64,000 nucleotides of DNA from Paraspadella gotoi (taxonomy: Eukaryota; Animalia; Chaetognatha). Below the pieces are notes generated by a model. That model was not told where the DNA came from, searched no databases, and saw nothing but the letters and a program-made list of their open reading frames with translations. The position numbers were made by a program, and so were the translations under genes. Positions within the stretch are counted from its first letter, which is position 1. The number at the start of each line of letters is the position of its first letter. Below are positions 36,340 through 49,096 of this stretch, one piece after another. The stretch is taken from positions 1,816,581 to 1,880,580 of the forward strand of contig JBJCIZ010000239.1 in NCBI GenBank assembly GCA_051294375.1, written 5' to 3'.

Positions 36340-39093
36340 TCAACTCAATTGAAAGAGAGAAGCGTCCAGCTTTCCGTCCGAGTGATAAATGAGGGAAGAG
36401 ATGTCAGCTTGGATCGCGACGCCGCTGACGATGAACGCGTTCGACGACCGCATCCCAGCGGCGGAGACTGCAGGACGCTGGGCCGCTTCGCCTGACGCGG
36501 CAAAGTCTGAGTGGATCGAAGAAGATGGCGCATCCTCCTCTTCGACCGTCGAACTCTCAGTTTTGAAGGATGTCTCGACTTCCCGCCCATCCTCGGTCGC
36601 GGATTCGGATCCTCCCTCGTCCTCCACAGGCGTCTCGTCGACGGCCTCCTTGGCGACCACGTCGACGATCACGTGATGCGCTTTCAGCAGATGCTGCTTC
36701 AAGAAGATCGGACGGGAAAAGCCTTTGGCGCAGAGATCGCAAATGTGAGGAAGTCTACCCAAGTGGACAATCCTCTCGTGGGAGACGAGTTTGGCCTTTT
36801 GAGTGAAAACCTTGTCGCAGGACTCGCAGGGAAACCGGACGCCCTCGTGGGCGCTGGCCGCGTGGCGTCTAAGCGCCGGCTGTGACTTAAAGACTCGATC
36901 GCAGACATCGCAGGGAAACCTGACGCCGATGTGCCTCGTCTGGTGATGCTTCTGCCAGGCGCTGAAGTCGCGATACTCGGCCAAGCAGAGTGTGCAGCGG
37001 AAGCGGCGCTTCTCGTGGACGACCTCGCGGTGACGGGCGAGAACGGCTCGACCGCTGAACCGGAGGCCGCATTCTTGACACTCCACCTTAACGCCACGGT
37101 GAACGCTCGCCACGTGTCTTTTGAGGTAGTATTCGGTAAAGATTTTGCCGCATTCGGGACAAGCCGATTTCGGAGCCTTTTTGCCCAAGTGGACGTGCTG
37201 CAAATGCTGCTCCATGTCCTTCTGCGACATGAAGCCCTTGTCGCAACGGGGACAAACGCACTTGGGCGAACCCTGGTGAACCAGTTTGACGTGATCGCGG
37301 AGACTGGAGAGTTGTCGATAAGTCTTCTCGCAGTGAGAGCAAGGGTGAGGCTCCGTGGATTCGTGAATATCTTTCACGTGACGTCGAAGGGTGTGTTTGG
37401 TGAGAAAATTTTTCTCACAAATCTCACAGTTCACGTTTCTCCCGTGATGAAAGTTGGCGAGGTGAAGCTTGAGGTAGGATTTTCGCGTGAATCGTTGGTC
37501 GCAGACGGGACACACGTTGGTTTTCTCACCGTGAACTTGATTGATGTGAGCCATGAAGGTGTAGTAGCTGCCGGTGATTGTCCTCTTGCATTGACCGCAG
37601 AGGATGCGACGTTTTTGACAAGGAGTTTTTCGCCACGCCTCCATCGTCTTCACACCTTCGGATTTGGATTCCGTCGGCGAAGAATCGGAATCTCCTCCGG
37701 ATTGGCGTCGTCGTCGTCGTCGTTGTGATCGATCGACGTCGCGCGGCTCGACTTCGGGCGAAACAGAATTGGAAGGGAAAGACTCGTCGCCGGCGGCAGG
37801 AGCCGTAGCCGATGGAGCGAGATCGGACGATGCCTCGACGGTAGGAGCGACGGCGGTGAGAGGAGCGGGCGAGCGTGGAAAATCGGTTTCGGATCTCGGA
37901 ACGCAAACCCGCGTCGAGGGATCCTGAGGTTCGGATTTGAGTTGAGTTTCGCTTTGAATTTCCGTCCGTTGATTAGTCGGCTTTTTCTCCACGACGATTC
38001 GAATCTTGGATTTATTCTTCGTCCATTTTTTTTCTTTCAATTCTAATATCAAAGTGGGGGGGGGTTAATCGCTTTTACATTTACAATGGTAAGCTTCATT
38101 TCATAAAGCACGCTTTATTTCTTGAAAAAAAAAAGAACTTACCCAACCGATTCTTTCTGATCGTCACGACCAAAAATTCGTTCTCCGCGACCAAACTTCT
38201 CCACTGGGAGAGAAGAGAAGAAAACGCGGTTAAATTTTAATTTCGCCGACCGCGGTTTTGGCGGCTTTTGAAAAACTACTTAAAATATTTATTTTTTAAA
38301 AAAATATTACCTAATTACCCTCACCCTAAACTCTCTTAACCCTAACCACTCCTAACCCTAAACCAGCCCTAAACCTAAACCCACCCCTAAACTACTCTTA
38401 ACCCTAACCCCCTCCCCTAACCCCGGTCGGCGAAAGTAAAATTAACCCGAAAAGGCAACTAGTTCATCGCCTTAATCCGCCGCCGGAATGTGTCTTCCGT
38501 TCGTCTTCCGTCACCTTCTTGCAGAGGCGCTCCGCGTCCAAAAAGCCTAGCGTCCTGGCGCCTTCTTCCACGAGGCCGGCGTCCTCTCGGGTCAGCGGCA
38601 GATCCAAGGTGTAGGCGTAGTTGACGAGCTTAACGACGACGGCGGCGGCGACGTCGCTGACTTTGACGACGTTGCCCGGGATCGAAGAGAAGCGACTTTG
38701 AGGGGAGAGGAAGAGCGATCGATGTCACAGTTCACAATCACATTCACTTTCACGCAGTCTTTCACCAATCCACCTTTTAAAGTAGCGGCTGCTCGAGGCG
38801 AGAACGACTTTGTGCGCCGGGATTCGTTGTCCGTCGCCGACGACGACGACGGCGTCGCACAACAAATTTTTCTTACGCATTTCGTTGATGCGCCTGATTG
38901 ATTTTGACGAGAAAGATCGCTTTATTATTGATTTATGATGAGCGGTAATTTTTGTAGGATGGCATTTATACTAGCAACTATTTTTACAATTTGTCCATAA
39001 TCCTAAGACTCACACGAAGAGATTCATGAAGTGATCCTCGGCGTTTGAATCGGCGTCGGTGGGGAAGGACGATTTCACACCGCCGAAGGTCAT
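36340..39093 (-). CDS. BTB/POZ + C2H2 zinc-finger (ZBTB-type) transcription factor
   Basis: Spliced N-terminus RINEMRKKNLLCDAVVVVGDGQRIPAHKVVLASSSRYFK...LVNYAYT is a BTB domain; the large last exon carries about 11 C2H2 fingers. Confidence 0.88.
38227..38450. repeat. Intronic foldback element with degenerate (CCCTAA)n core, copy 1
   Basis: cggttaaattttaatttcgccgacc and ggtcggcgaaagtaaaattaacccg are inverted ends around taaccctaa-like repeats. Confidence 0.75.
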
Positions 39094-39239
39094 TTTATTA
39101 TCAAAAAAATAAATACTTGTAAAAAAAACAAACAAAAAATAAACATTGTTTTGTAAAGTTTTTTTCGGCGAGAGTTTCGTACAACGTAAACGTAAAAATG
39201 TGAAAAAATATAAAACAACGAAATAAGATCACGAAATTT

Positions 39240-40652
39240 TCAGAGAACCGATTCAGCTTCTTCGTAAACAGCGTCGTCTTTCGACTAAAGAAAAGCAGAT
39301 GTAATTATTAATAGCTATAAATATTATTTTTAAAACATTTTTATTTTTCGCATTCAGTGTCTCTTTTACTCACCACAGCGCCTCGCGCCAAGCTGGCTTC
39401 CAAGCGCTTGAGGTTGGCCAGACCCTCCTGAGTCATCTCGCTCTCGTCAGGACAAAAGCGGATGTAGGAGACTCCAGGAATGTCGGAAGCCTCCGTCAAA
39501 GCCCTCCCCGCCCCCGGCTCCGCCTTTTCTCCCTCGTCGAGCATGTCCAACTCGGCGGGATAATCCGTGTCGAAGAGCGTCTCGTATTCCTTGTGCAACT
39601 CATTGTCGGCGTCGGCGACGCTGTCGAAGTAATCTTCTTCGTCCTCGTCGTCGAGGTGCGCGTACGTGTCGTCGTTTTCTTCCTCTAGTTGTGCGTACAT
39701 GGCGTCGAATTCGAAAGGAGACTTTTCTGTCTTTGGGCCTCTTCCGTGAGTAAGGAACTCAGTGTGGGCCTGGGGGAATAAAGCAATGACAATCTATCAA
39801 TTAGTATTATAGTTTACACTCATCAACATAAAAATTTAAAAAATAAAATAAAATAACGATTACACAGTCAGAAAACGAGCCTGAACATTGGAGACGCCTT
39901 TGAACATCTGCTCCAACCGACTTTTCTCTCGGGGAACAAAACGCAACTCCGTGGTGGCGGCGTCATCGGGGGAGTTGGAAGGAGAGGGGCCCTTCTTGAC
40001 GACCGACTCGGCCCATAGGGACACGTCGGCCTCTACGATGAGAAGAAGGCACTCGTGAGGAAAGTCCGCAGTATCGCGACTGAGGGCGTGAACGTCGATG
40101 AAGTTTGGCGAGAGAGTAAAGGATTGACCAGAGTCCATTACCCAAGAAATGCTAGTGTAAAATGATTTAAAAGACTTATCGAGGCGCCTAAACTCATTTG
40201 CATATTGCAGTGGACGAGGAATCTTTTTTTTTTTTTAAAGGAAATTTAACTAAAAATATTGCCATAGACTCAGAAAGTATAAATATTTATCGGCTTGGAT
40301 TTTAAAAATTCTCAGCCAGTATTTTTGTCAATAAAATACAGACTTTTGTTAAATGTTGATACTATAATGTTTGAAACATCTCCAACGAGGACGACATTTA
40401 ACCATCTAAAAGACACTAGGAAAAAAATTTTTATTGAGCTTAGACGCAATTACCTATTACCTAACCATCCTAATCCGAAATTTGTTAAATCAGCTTCGCG
40501 GTTAAGGTAGAGCTCCACCCCGAACCTCACCCGTCTCTGGCGATGTATAGAGTCGCCGTCCCGAAAAGATCTTTATTGAAAAAAACTTTGACGTCGTCGA
40601 CGACGACGCTGACGCCCTCTTGCGGCGGGGGATTCCCCGTCAACGGAATCAT
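39240..40652 (-). CDS. CLNS1A: Methylosome subunit pICln-like
   Basis: GTATLYIA, IDVHALSRDTADFPHECL, ELRFVP..LEQMF and EMTQEGLANLKRLE match the ICln family; acidic middle region. Confidence 0.8.
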
Positions 40653-40877
40653 CGAAGTCATCGAATAATAAAACGAATATAAAAAGACGAGACGATCGAA
40701 CAAAATCTGTTTTTTTTATTTTTTAAAGGATTAAAAATAAATTTCGATAATAACAAAACGATGCGTAAACAAATAGCGGTAAACATGGCAACGAAGATAT
40801 TTGAAGACGAGGGGCGTTCCCTAAATTCGGCACACCCAGTTAAAAGAAGAGGAATTTCGTATGGAGCCTTCATTATT

Positions 40878-43800
40878 TCAATGCGCGGCCAAGACTCGCA
40901 TCACGTGTTCGTATCCGGCTCTGAGCACAAACTCCACACCCTTGTTCTCTTCGACGAGGTCGCGGAGTTCCTCTTCTTGACTCAAGAGCTCCACTGAAGG
41001 GACGACCTCCTTGAGGTTCTCCCCATCGGCGAGGAGAGACTCGAGCATCCGCGAGAAGAGCGTCGTTTTAAAGCTCTCCAGCGGGTCATCGACGGATAAG
41101 GAGGCCCAGTCGTCGCGAAGGATCGCATGGCGCCAAATGAGCAGTCGAGAGGTGAGGAGTTCCTCGGAGGTGGCGCCCTCTTGCTGCATGTAGCCCACGA
41201 GATCGAGGGCTTTTTTGAAGTCCACCTGTTGATGGGAGAGAAAAAAAGATGAATAGGAGTGTGGAAAAAAACAAGAGTAATTTCCCAATTAAAAAAAAAA
41301 AAGACTTCCGTTAAACGATAACTGGTAAAAAGGATAATAACGAAAGCCTCAATTTAATGCGAAAATAAGCCAAGGAATTAAGAAAAAAATAATAAAAATT
41401 AATTCAACTAATTAATATACTAATAATTAAACTAAACTAATCCCAAACACCTTTCTCACCTCCGTCGCCTCTTCGTTAACCCTCGAGACGTAAAGCCCGA
41501 TTAACTCTTCGCAGGGAATGACTCCCATCGTCGCCGGAGACTCTCCCAAATGATCCAGCACGCACTGCGGCAGGGTCTCCTGATGCAGCATCTTCGCCTG
41601 CTCGTCGGCGATGGCGTCCACTTTCTCATTGAGAATCTGCTGTGGTTCGTCCGACGCCAATGCGCAAAGTTTGGCGATGGACAGCATCGACTTTTTGCGG
41701 CCAAAGTAGTCGTTTTCCCGCGCGGAGAGATGACGCAGCGTGGAAGACGCCTTCCCGTACGACCCTGTCCGAATGTCGTGCAGCCACGAGAGTTCCGAGT
41801 GCTCGTTGAGAAACTTGTTGACGTGGTTGTGATAAGCGGCGGGCTGCTTGAGGAGCTTGCCACGTTGACCCTTGTTCAAGTAGTACTGGTAGAGAAAATC
41901 GGAGAAGCCGCGTTGAGCGAAATCGTTGACGTAGCGATGGAGACGTTGCTCGTTGTCGCTTCGTTCGCAGACGAGGATGAGCGTCTCGAAGTCGGCGTAT
42001 TTCTCCGCCAACGACGAAGCCTTTTCGAAGAACTCCAGCTCCAGCAGAGGAGCAATGAGCTTCTTTCTAACGTTGAAGTACTCTTCCTTGACTTTGGACA
42101 AACGATCGCTCCTCGCTCCGTTCTCCATCGACTCCAGTTGGTTCGAGTATTCCGTCAGGATCAAATCCGCCATGTCGACGAGCTGTTGGACGAAGGCGGC
42201 CTTTCTTTGGGGATCTTTGGCCAGAGGAACTCCAGCGGTGACGGTCAACTCGTGCTGGTTGATGAGGAGAGACCGGAGACCTTTCGATCCCGAGGTGGTC
42301 GTCCAGGGGCGAACCTCGACGAGCGGATCCTCCTCGCCCTGATTGGGTGCGTAGAGGATCCCGTTGGTCGTTCTGTAAGTGACGGCGGAAGAGATCATTC
42401 CGTAGATGATGGAGTTGGCGGCGGATACGAGAGAGACGAGTTCGTCGCCGTCACTTTCCGACGCCGCGCGGATCTGCACGTGTTCCGCGAGGCAGTGGAG
42501 GAAATCCTCGATCCGCGAAACGTCGCGGTAGAAAACGTCCTGATTCGTCAAATGCCCCGTGGGCGGCGCTGAGCGGCGCTTCTCCAGCACCTTGGCGATG
42601 ACGGCGTCGACCAGGACAGGATGGGTTTGATGATGTTGGCGTAGCGCCATCGTGGCTATTAACTTCTCCGCGTGTTCACAGAGGAGATGGCGCGAGGAGA
42701 CGACCCCGCCGACGGTGGGCGAGGTGATGGTCGAAAGGCGGCCCCAGACGCCGACGGTTTTGAGGAATCCGAGGAAAAGATTGTGAACCTGGTGAACAAA
42801 AGGAGAGAAAATGAAATGATGAAATATTATTGACAGACTGGGTTTTCAGTGGAACATTGAGTCATTTAGTGGTCACCAACCAAATTTAGAAAATTAGAAC
42901 AAACTCAATATTATATTTACTAGATTCATTTATAGTACAATTATTATTATTACCTTATGCTTGTCCTCCATCTGATACAACAGCAGCAGCGACGACGTCG
43001 CCATCCCAGGCCCAGCCACCGTAGCGCCATCCAACGGTCGACTCTCCGCCCAACGCGGATCCGACGCCGGATAATCGTCGATGAGTTCTCGACTGAGACC
43101 GACCATCGCCGCGTCGAGCGCCGAGTCCTGCGCCGGAACCAAACTCGGCGGAAACATCTGTTCGACGATGGCGCGCGATTGAGCGGATTCCTGCTTGCAG
43201 CAAAGGGCGAAGGCGGCCTTGAGCCGCGTGCCTCGATCCGCGCTCGCCGCCATGTCTTCAGTCGACATGGACGTGTTGAGGAGGATCGTATCGCCGAGAT
43301 CCAGTCCGGACATTTCCGTCAAGGCGCCGCCCGTCATGGAGACGTCGGTGTCCATGAACAGAGATGATTGCAGATCGCCTCCGGAGCCGCCCGTCGCCGA
43401 GGAACGAAGGGGCGTGACGGCCAAGAGGCCGTTGGCGGCGGAGAAGACGAGGTGAGTGCGAAGGTGAGAACCGGAACCGAGAATTCGATCTCCGTTGGCG
43501 AAGAAATCGACGCGATCGACGGGTTGAGTCGGAGAGAAGATCGAGACGCAGGCGACTTCCTTTCGGTTGTGGAGGTAGACCACATGACCCGATGGGTCAG
43601 GAAGGGTAAGTTGATAGCTGAGAATCTCTTCGGCGGCGGCCTCGTTGTACGGCGTCGTCAGCGGCGTCACGAGGAAAGAGGAGAAAGTGGTGGGCGTATC
43701 CGCGCCGGCGTTGGTCGGCGTCAGCGTGACGACGATATAGTGAACGGTGGCGTTAGCGGCGACGTCTGTTCCCGCGGCAAGGACCATGACGGCGCCGCCG

Positions 43801-44954
43801 CGGGCGAGGCACATGTCGACGAGCCAGACGCGGATGCCCGGCATGTTGGCGGCGTCTTGACCCCAGAAAGTCTCGGCGAGGCAATCGCCGATCATCTTGC
43901 CGAGATCGATCTCGTTGTGGAGTTCGTCGGCGGCGTCGTTGGCGCCGCCAACGCTCCAGCCTTGCAGAGTGTTGCCGCCGAGAAGATAGACCCTCTTTCC
44001 GCCGGCGCCGACGAGGACGCGGCGGAGTTCGGCGCCGATGCCGCTACGCATCGGTTGCGAGCCCCAGATGAAAGTGGAGACGCGCCGGGAGACGCCGCGG
44101 AGAAATCCGGCGCCGGCGGCTTGAATCGGGCGACCGACGAGGGATACGCCGCCGGCGCCGTGGACGACGGCGACGAGGAAAAGGCTGGAATTGCCCGTCG
44201 CCAAGACAAAGTGGGAGGCATCGAGGGCGACGATTTGGAGACAGGCTTCGCCCTTGACGTCGATGGAGGTCTCCACGCATTGAGAAGCCTGAGCCACGTC
44301 GGGCCAATAGCTGACGGCGCCTTCGGGGGTGACGGCGAGGCAGGAGACGGTCGACTCGGAGGTTGAAAGGCTGACGAGTTGAGCCTTAAAAAAAAAAAGA
44401 GAGAGAGAGAGAAAGAGTGTTAATAACTATTTCCAATCAATCACTCAACTTAAAATCAATAGCAACAACGACGACGACAACATTCTCACCTTGTGCGGCA
44501 GCGTCGACGCCGGCAGACTCAACTCCCGCGGCGCCAACGCCTTCTGGGACGTCGTCGGCACGAACTTCCACAGCAGCAGCCGACAGCCTGAAATGAGGAT
44601 GGCCCAACCCGAGGCGTCGATTCGGACGGAAGGGAACGAGGACGATCCTTCGCTCAACGTCGACAAAACCTCCGTCAGCAGCACCGGAAGGCTCGAACCG
44701 TAAGCCTCGGTCACGTGACTTCCATCAGCCGCCACCGGCAGTCGGCGCTGGACGGCGGGAGGTAGCGTCAAAGCCGAGACGGAGGCGGAAGAGGGAGCCA
44801 GGGAGGAGCGGCCGCCGCCGATGCCGCTGCCGCCGCGGCCGGTGCGTTTAGCGGCTCGAAAGGAAGAGGGCGTCCCGGAAGCGGAGGAGCGTTTCGTCGC
44901 CAAAGACGGACGACCGGAGATCGGCGTTGCCGGGGTGCGCGGACTGCCGAACAT
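40878..44954 (-). CDS. NUP133: Nucleoporin Nup133, 4 exons
   Basis: YGSSLPVLLTEVL, IDDYPASDPRWAES, LCEHAEKLIA, SLAEKYADFETL, LSWLHDI and LHQETLP. Confidence 0.93.
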
Positions 44955-45193
44955 TTCGAGTCCCGTTTGTCACGTTGGGTTGGCACAGTCGATTAAGAGT
45001 AATTATTTTAGAAATCTATCACTAAAACATTTTTATATATACGAAAAAAAAAAAAAACTTGGAAATTATCACGAGAAGTGAAGGGCGAGGACAAAAAAAG
45101 TTAATGGCGCATGTAAGGATATAAGAGAAAATTTTTTGAGAAAAGCGTCAAGATTTCCGAGAAATGCGAAACCTCCCCCCCCCCAACTTTCTC

Positions 45194-45695
45194 TCAACTC
45201 CGCATCTCGACGTCTTCGCTCTTGTTGACGCGTTCGAGTTCGCTGCGAAGTTGTTTGCTGAAGTCGTCCTCGACGGTGTCTTCGTCCCAATTGTCTTCCC
45301 ACACGTTCACGTCTTCCGCGTCCTCTTCGTCCGGCGTCCACTCGTCCGCGGGGAACTCTTCAAACTCGTCGTCCTGAAGGGAGGGAGAGAGATGAGGTGA
45401 TGGAGAGGTCTCTATCGGAGGGCATCCTATACTAAATCATTATTTATAAAAAGTATCGCAAAGATAAAAAAATCTAAGGATACAAAAAAAAATAATCTGA
45501 AGTTAACATTTAAAATAAACCACAAGATACTCTACGAAAAGTCCTTAGCAATTCGTCACGAGTTCGTATACCTCGTTTAAATCTCGTCCTCACCTCTTCC
45601 AAGAGACCCAATCCTTGGCTTTTCTTATCATCTTCTTTTTCAGTTTCTTTCTTCGAATCTTTCGTGTCTTTCGCGTCTTTCTTTTTGTCCGCCAT
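45194..45695 (-). CDS. SEM1: SEM1/DSS1 (26S proteasome lid subunit), 2 exons
   Basis: LGLLEE|[12 protein letters not shown]...[23 protein letters not shown]. Confidence 0.95.
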
Positions 45696-45840
45696 TTTGT
45701 TTTTCAGCAAGTTTTTTTTTTTTTTCCACCGAAGAAAATAACTCGTTAAGCGATCAACACTGATCTATAACAAATTATCAACGATAATTAAAAACAACCA
45801 TCTCTTAAATACTCGACAAACGATCTACGTTTCTGTGAAG

Positions 45841-48129
45841 TCATTGACTCTTCTGAACGAATCTTTGCAAAGCGTAACCGCCTTTGTTTTTCGGTTGATC
45901 CTTCGACGAGTCCGCCGATTCTGTCGCCTTCGAGGACACCGCGCCCGACGCCCCCTGCTCCTTCTTATTCTTCCCCATCTTCCTTTTCTTTTTCTTCCCA
46001 TTCAAAGCCTCCAATTTGGCGTTGAGCAATTCCCCTTTGACGACGAGGCGTTTGTGATTCGACTTGACCATCTGTACGCGGCGCCGCGTGTTCCCGGCGC
46101 TGCTCCGGCCCTTTTTCTTGTGGCGCGGGGTGAAGTCGACCTCCGCCACTTTGACGTAGTTGACCTTCTTTCGCTCCGCCAATTTTTTCTTCATCTCTGG
46201 GAGATTGACGTCGAGAATCTTGGATTGGGGGGGGGTGTATTTACAAAAAAAATTAATAATTGGATTCTCGGTAATTAAATTCTAATTTGCATATAAAAGT
46301 ATTATTTATTTGGAAAATTTTCCATATATTTATCAAGTTTTGAGTCATATTCTGGTTTTAAATTGGAGATCTATTCGTGTCGTTTTAAACTAATTAGAAT
46401 TGATTAGACTTCTGATATATTCGCTAATAATAAACTGATTAAATATTTCTTCCTCCGGAAACGAGAGGCGCTAGTACTGTCGGAAGTTTAAAAGATCAGG
46501 TCTAACCACGCACCTACATAATTTAATACGGTCCCCTCAGCATGATTTAACTTCTTAACATTTTCCATTGACTTACTTTCTCCGAATCCATCGAGATCAT
46601 TTCGGGCGGGACCTTCTCCAAGAGAGCCTTCACCTCCGCCTCCTGCCGCATCTTCCGCGACTGGAACGGGTTGTTCTCCAGAGCGTCGAAGTTGGGCTCC
46701 CCGGATCCAGGAATGATCAGACTCGAATATCTGTATAAGAATTATTATTACTGTTAATGATAAGGTTTTAATTAATATTAATAATTACAAAACGGATAAC
46801 TAACCCGGTTCCGTGAGTAACCCCGAGCACGTCCTCGAACGGACAAAACTGCAGGCCGGACACGAAGGAGGGCAGCCGGTGGGTCATGTAAGGCATCTGC
46901 ACTGGTTCGTACAGAACCGTCTCGGGAAACACGTCCACCACTTGGCCGACTCCGGCCGCGAGGTGGTTCCGCTGCGAGAAGGTCAAATACGACGGGACCG
47001 TCGACGTTCGCAATCGAGTAGTCTCCTTCATCATCCTCACGTCCCAGACGCTGACGACACGATCGACGCTCCCGGCGGCGAAGTAATTCCCGCAAGACGT
47101 CGTCGCCACAGACTTGACCCCGCAGCGGCTCGTCAACACGGAAGCCAGGGATTTGGTGGAAGCGGGGGACCAGAAGGATACAGTTCCTTGCGGCGTGCCG
47201 ACTAGAACGACGCCGTTCTTAGGATTCTGCGTCATGACGGACAACTGTCCGGCGCCGGTCTGAGCGCCGCCGATGAATTTACCGACGGAGACGTCGAGGT
47301 ACTTGAGGAATCCCTTGGCGTTGCCGGCCGCGAGGAGGAAGTGATAAGGGAGGAACTCGAGTCGAACGGCGCCGTCGATTCTTCGAAGACAATGAAGCTC
47401 AGTTCCTTGATTATCGTAGACGCAAGTGTAGGCCTTTTGCGCTACGGCGAACATTGTCTCGTTGTGGAGCCAAGCGACGTCTCGTACCGTCTCGTTGACG
47501 CTGAACTCGCAGGCCAAGCGTTTCGTCTGCCAGTCGAAGGCCGCCAGGTGACCCATGGCGCCGCCGAGCAGCAGGAATCGACCGTTGCGGGTGAAGCGGT
47601 GACGGTAGGGACCGAGTTTGTCCAGTTTGAGATCGAAGATCTTCTGCGCGGTGGTGATGTCGACGGCGCGACGGATGTCCTCTTGGGTCAAGAGGTCGTC
47701 GTCGTCGTCGTCCTCTTTCGTCCTCTTCGTTTCTTCGACGAAACCCGCTTCTTCTTGCAGCAAGAGTTCAGCTCGAGCGGCGGCCTCTTTCGCCTTCTCG
47801 ATCTTCGTCTCGTTTCTCTTCCCTCTTTTCTTATCGACGAGAAATCGTTTCCGTCCTTCACCGCGGTCGTACTTGCGAAGCGTCTCCGCCGCCGGCCGAG
47901 GGTTGCCCTTGACGGGATCGGGAATGTCCGGACGAAGGGACGAGGGGTCGGCCTTGGGAGACGAGTCGGTCGTTGCCCCATCGGTTTTCCCCGCTTCGGG
48001 CGCCTGAGATAAAAGTCCGCGGTTTTGGTGATTCTTGGTCGACGGGCGACGAGGAGTTTTCTCCATCGATTCCCGTTTTCTTTTCTTTGATTCGCCGCCG
48101 CCGCCGAGTGGAGTAAAGTCTCCCTCCAT
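45841..48129 (-). CDS. WDR46: WD repeat protein 46 (Utp7/BING4), 3 exons
   Basis: [48 protein letters not shown] and [17 protein letters not shown]. Confidence 0.95.
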
Positions 48130-48302
48130 ATCGACAGTTAAAGTCTTAATTGAATATAGGAACAACGAAAATAAAAAGGGTTACGATAAAATATAAAAGA
48201 CAATAATACAGAAAGGTTTTTTTTATCACAGAAGAGCGGTGTGCAAAACAAATGCAGCGAATAGACGACAAATTGTTAAAATCAAAAAAGCGCGAACACA
48301 TA

Positions 48303-48744
48303 CACAAGGCTTCATATTATAAAATTTGGTACCCAATTTTTGTGACCAGAATCTGTTCCCACTTAACTACCCGATCGAATCGAGTACTAATGACCATATA
48401 AATGGAAATATCAAAGCGAATTTTGATATTCAACCCCTGACAAGAGATATAGAGCCCTGGGGGGCCAAAAAAGGCTAAATTTAAAAAAAAAATTTTTATT
48501 AACTGTTCAAAACAAAAAAAAAAATCAAAAATTAGAAAAAAATTTTTTGAACATTTTTTGCCCCTTTGGGTGACCCCTCCTGGGGCCCATATCTCGGCTC
48601 GGGGATCAAATATTGAAATTCGCCTCGATAGTTCTATTTGTATTCACATAGGGATCTTTCATGCCAAATTTCATTAAAATCTATCTCGGAACGTATTCTG
48701 GTCACAAAAAAGGGGTACCTGATTTTATAATATGAAGCCTTCTG
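48303..48744. mobile_element. MITE, copy 2 (shorter, inverted relative to copy 1)
   Basis: Same TIR (aaggcttcatattataaaat..ggtaccc..tttgtgaccagaa) with a few mismatches and TA flanks; the interior matches the reverse complement of 30803-31434. Confidence 0.9.
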
Positions 48745-49096
48745 TATAAGATACCATAAAAAATAAAGCGAACAAAAATGTATTATCTACGATTTTTAAA
48801 AAGAAAAAGCTTTTGATAGAATCGAAGGAAAAAAATCCTATTACCAATTCGCCGTGAAAATATATCTTTTTTTTCCTTCTCTAAAACCGAAATGCCGAAA
48901 GTGAAGAGTAACTGGAATTCAGAAAACAAACTATCCCGTTGTCCGACAAAGTTTTTATCGAGGATTCTTCCCACCTCATTATCCAAGTTAGAGTGAGATT
49001 TTTGTCAGATCCAATCCGATATTCCGAACTGGGAGATATATGTAGTATTATGTACGTGTGCATAATTAAGTGATCTTTCGAGTTTTTTTCTTTCTT

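Noticed and set aside
38310-38425. True telomere or chromosome fusion scar
   Set aside because: Short, degenerate, intronic and bounded by inverted repeats shared with a second copy.
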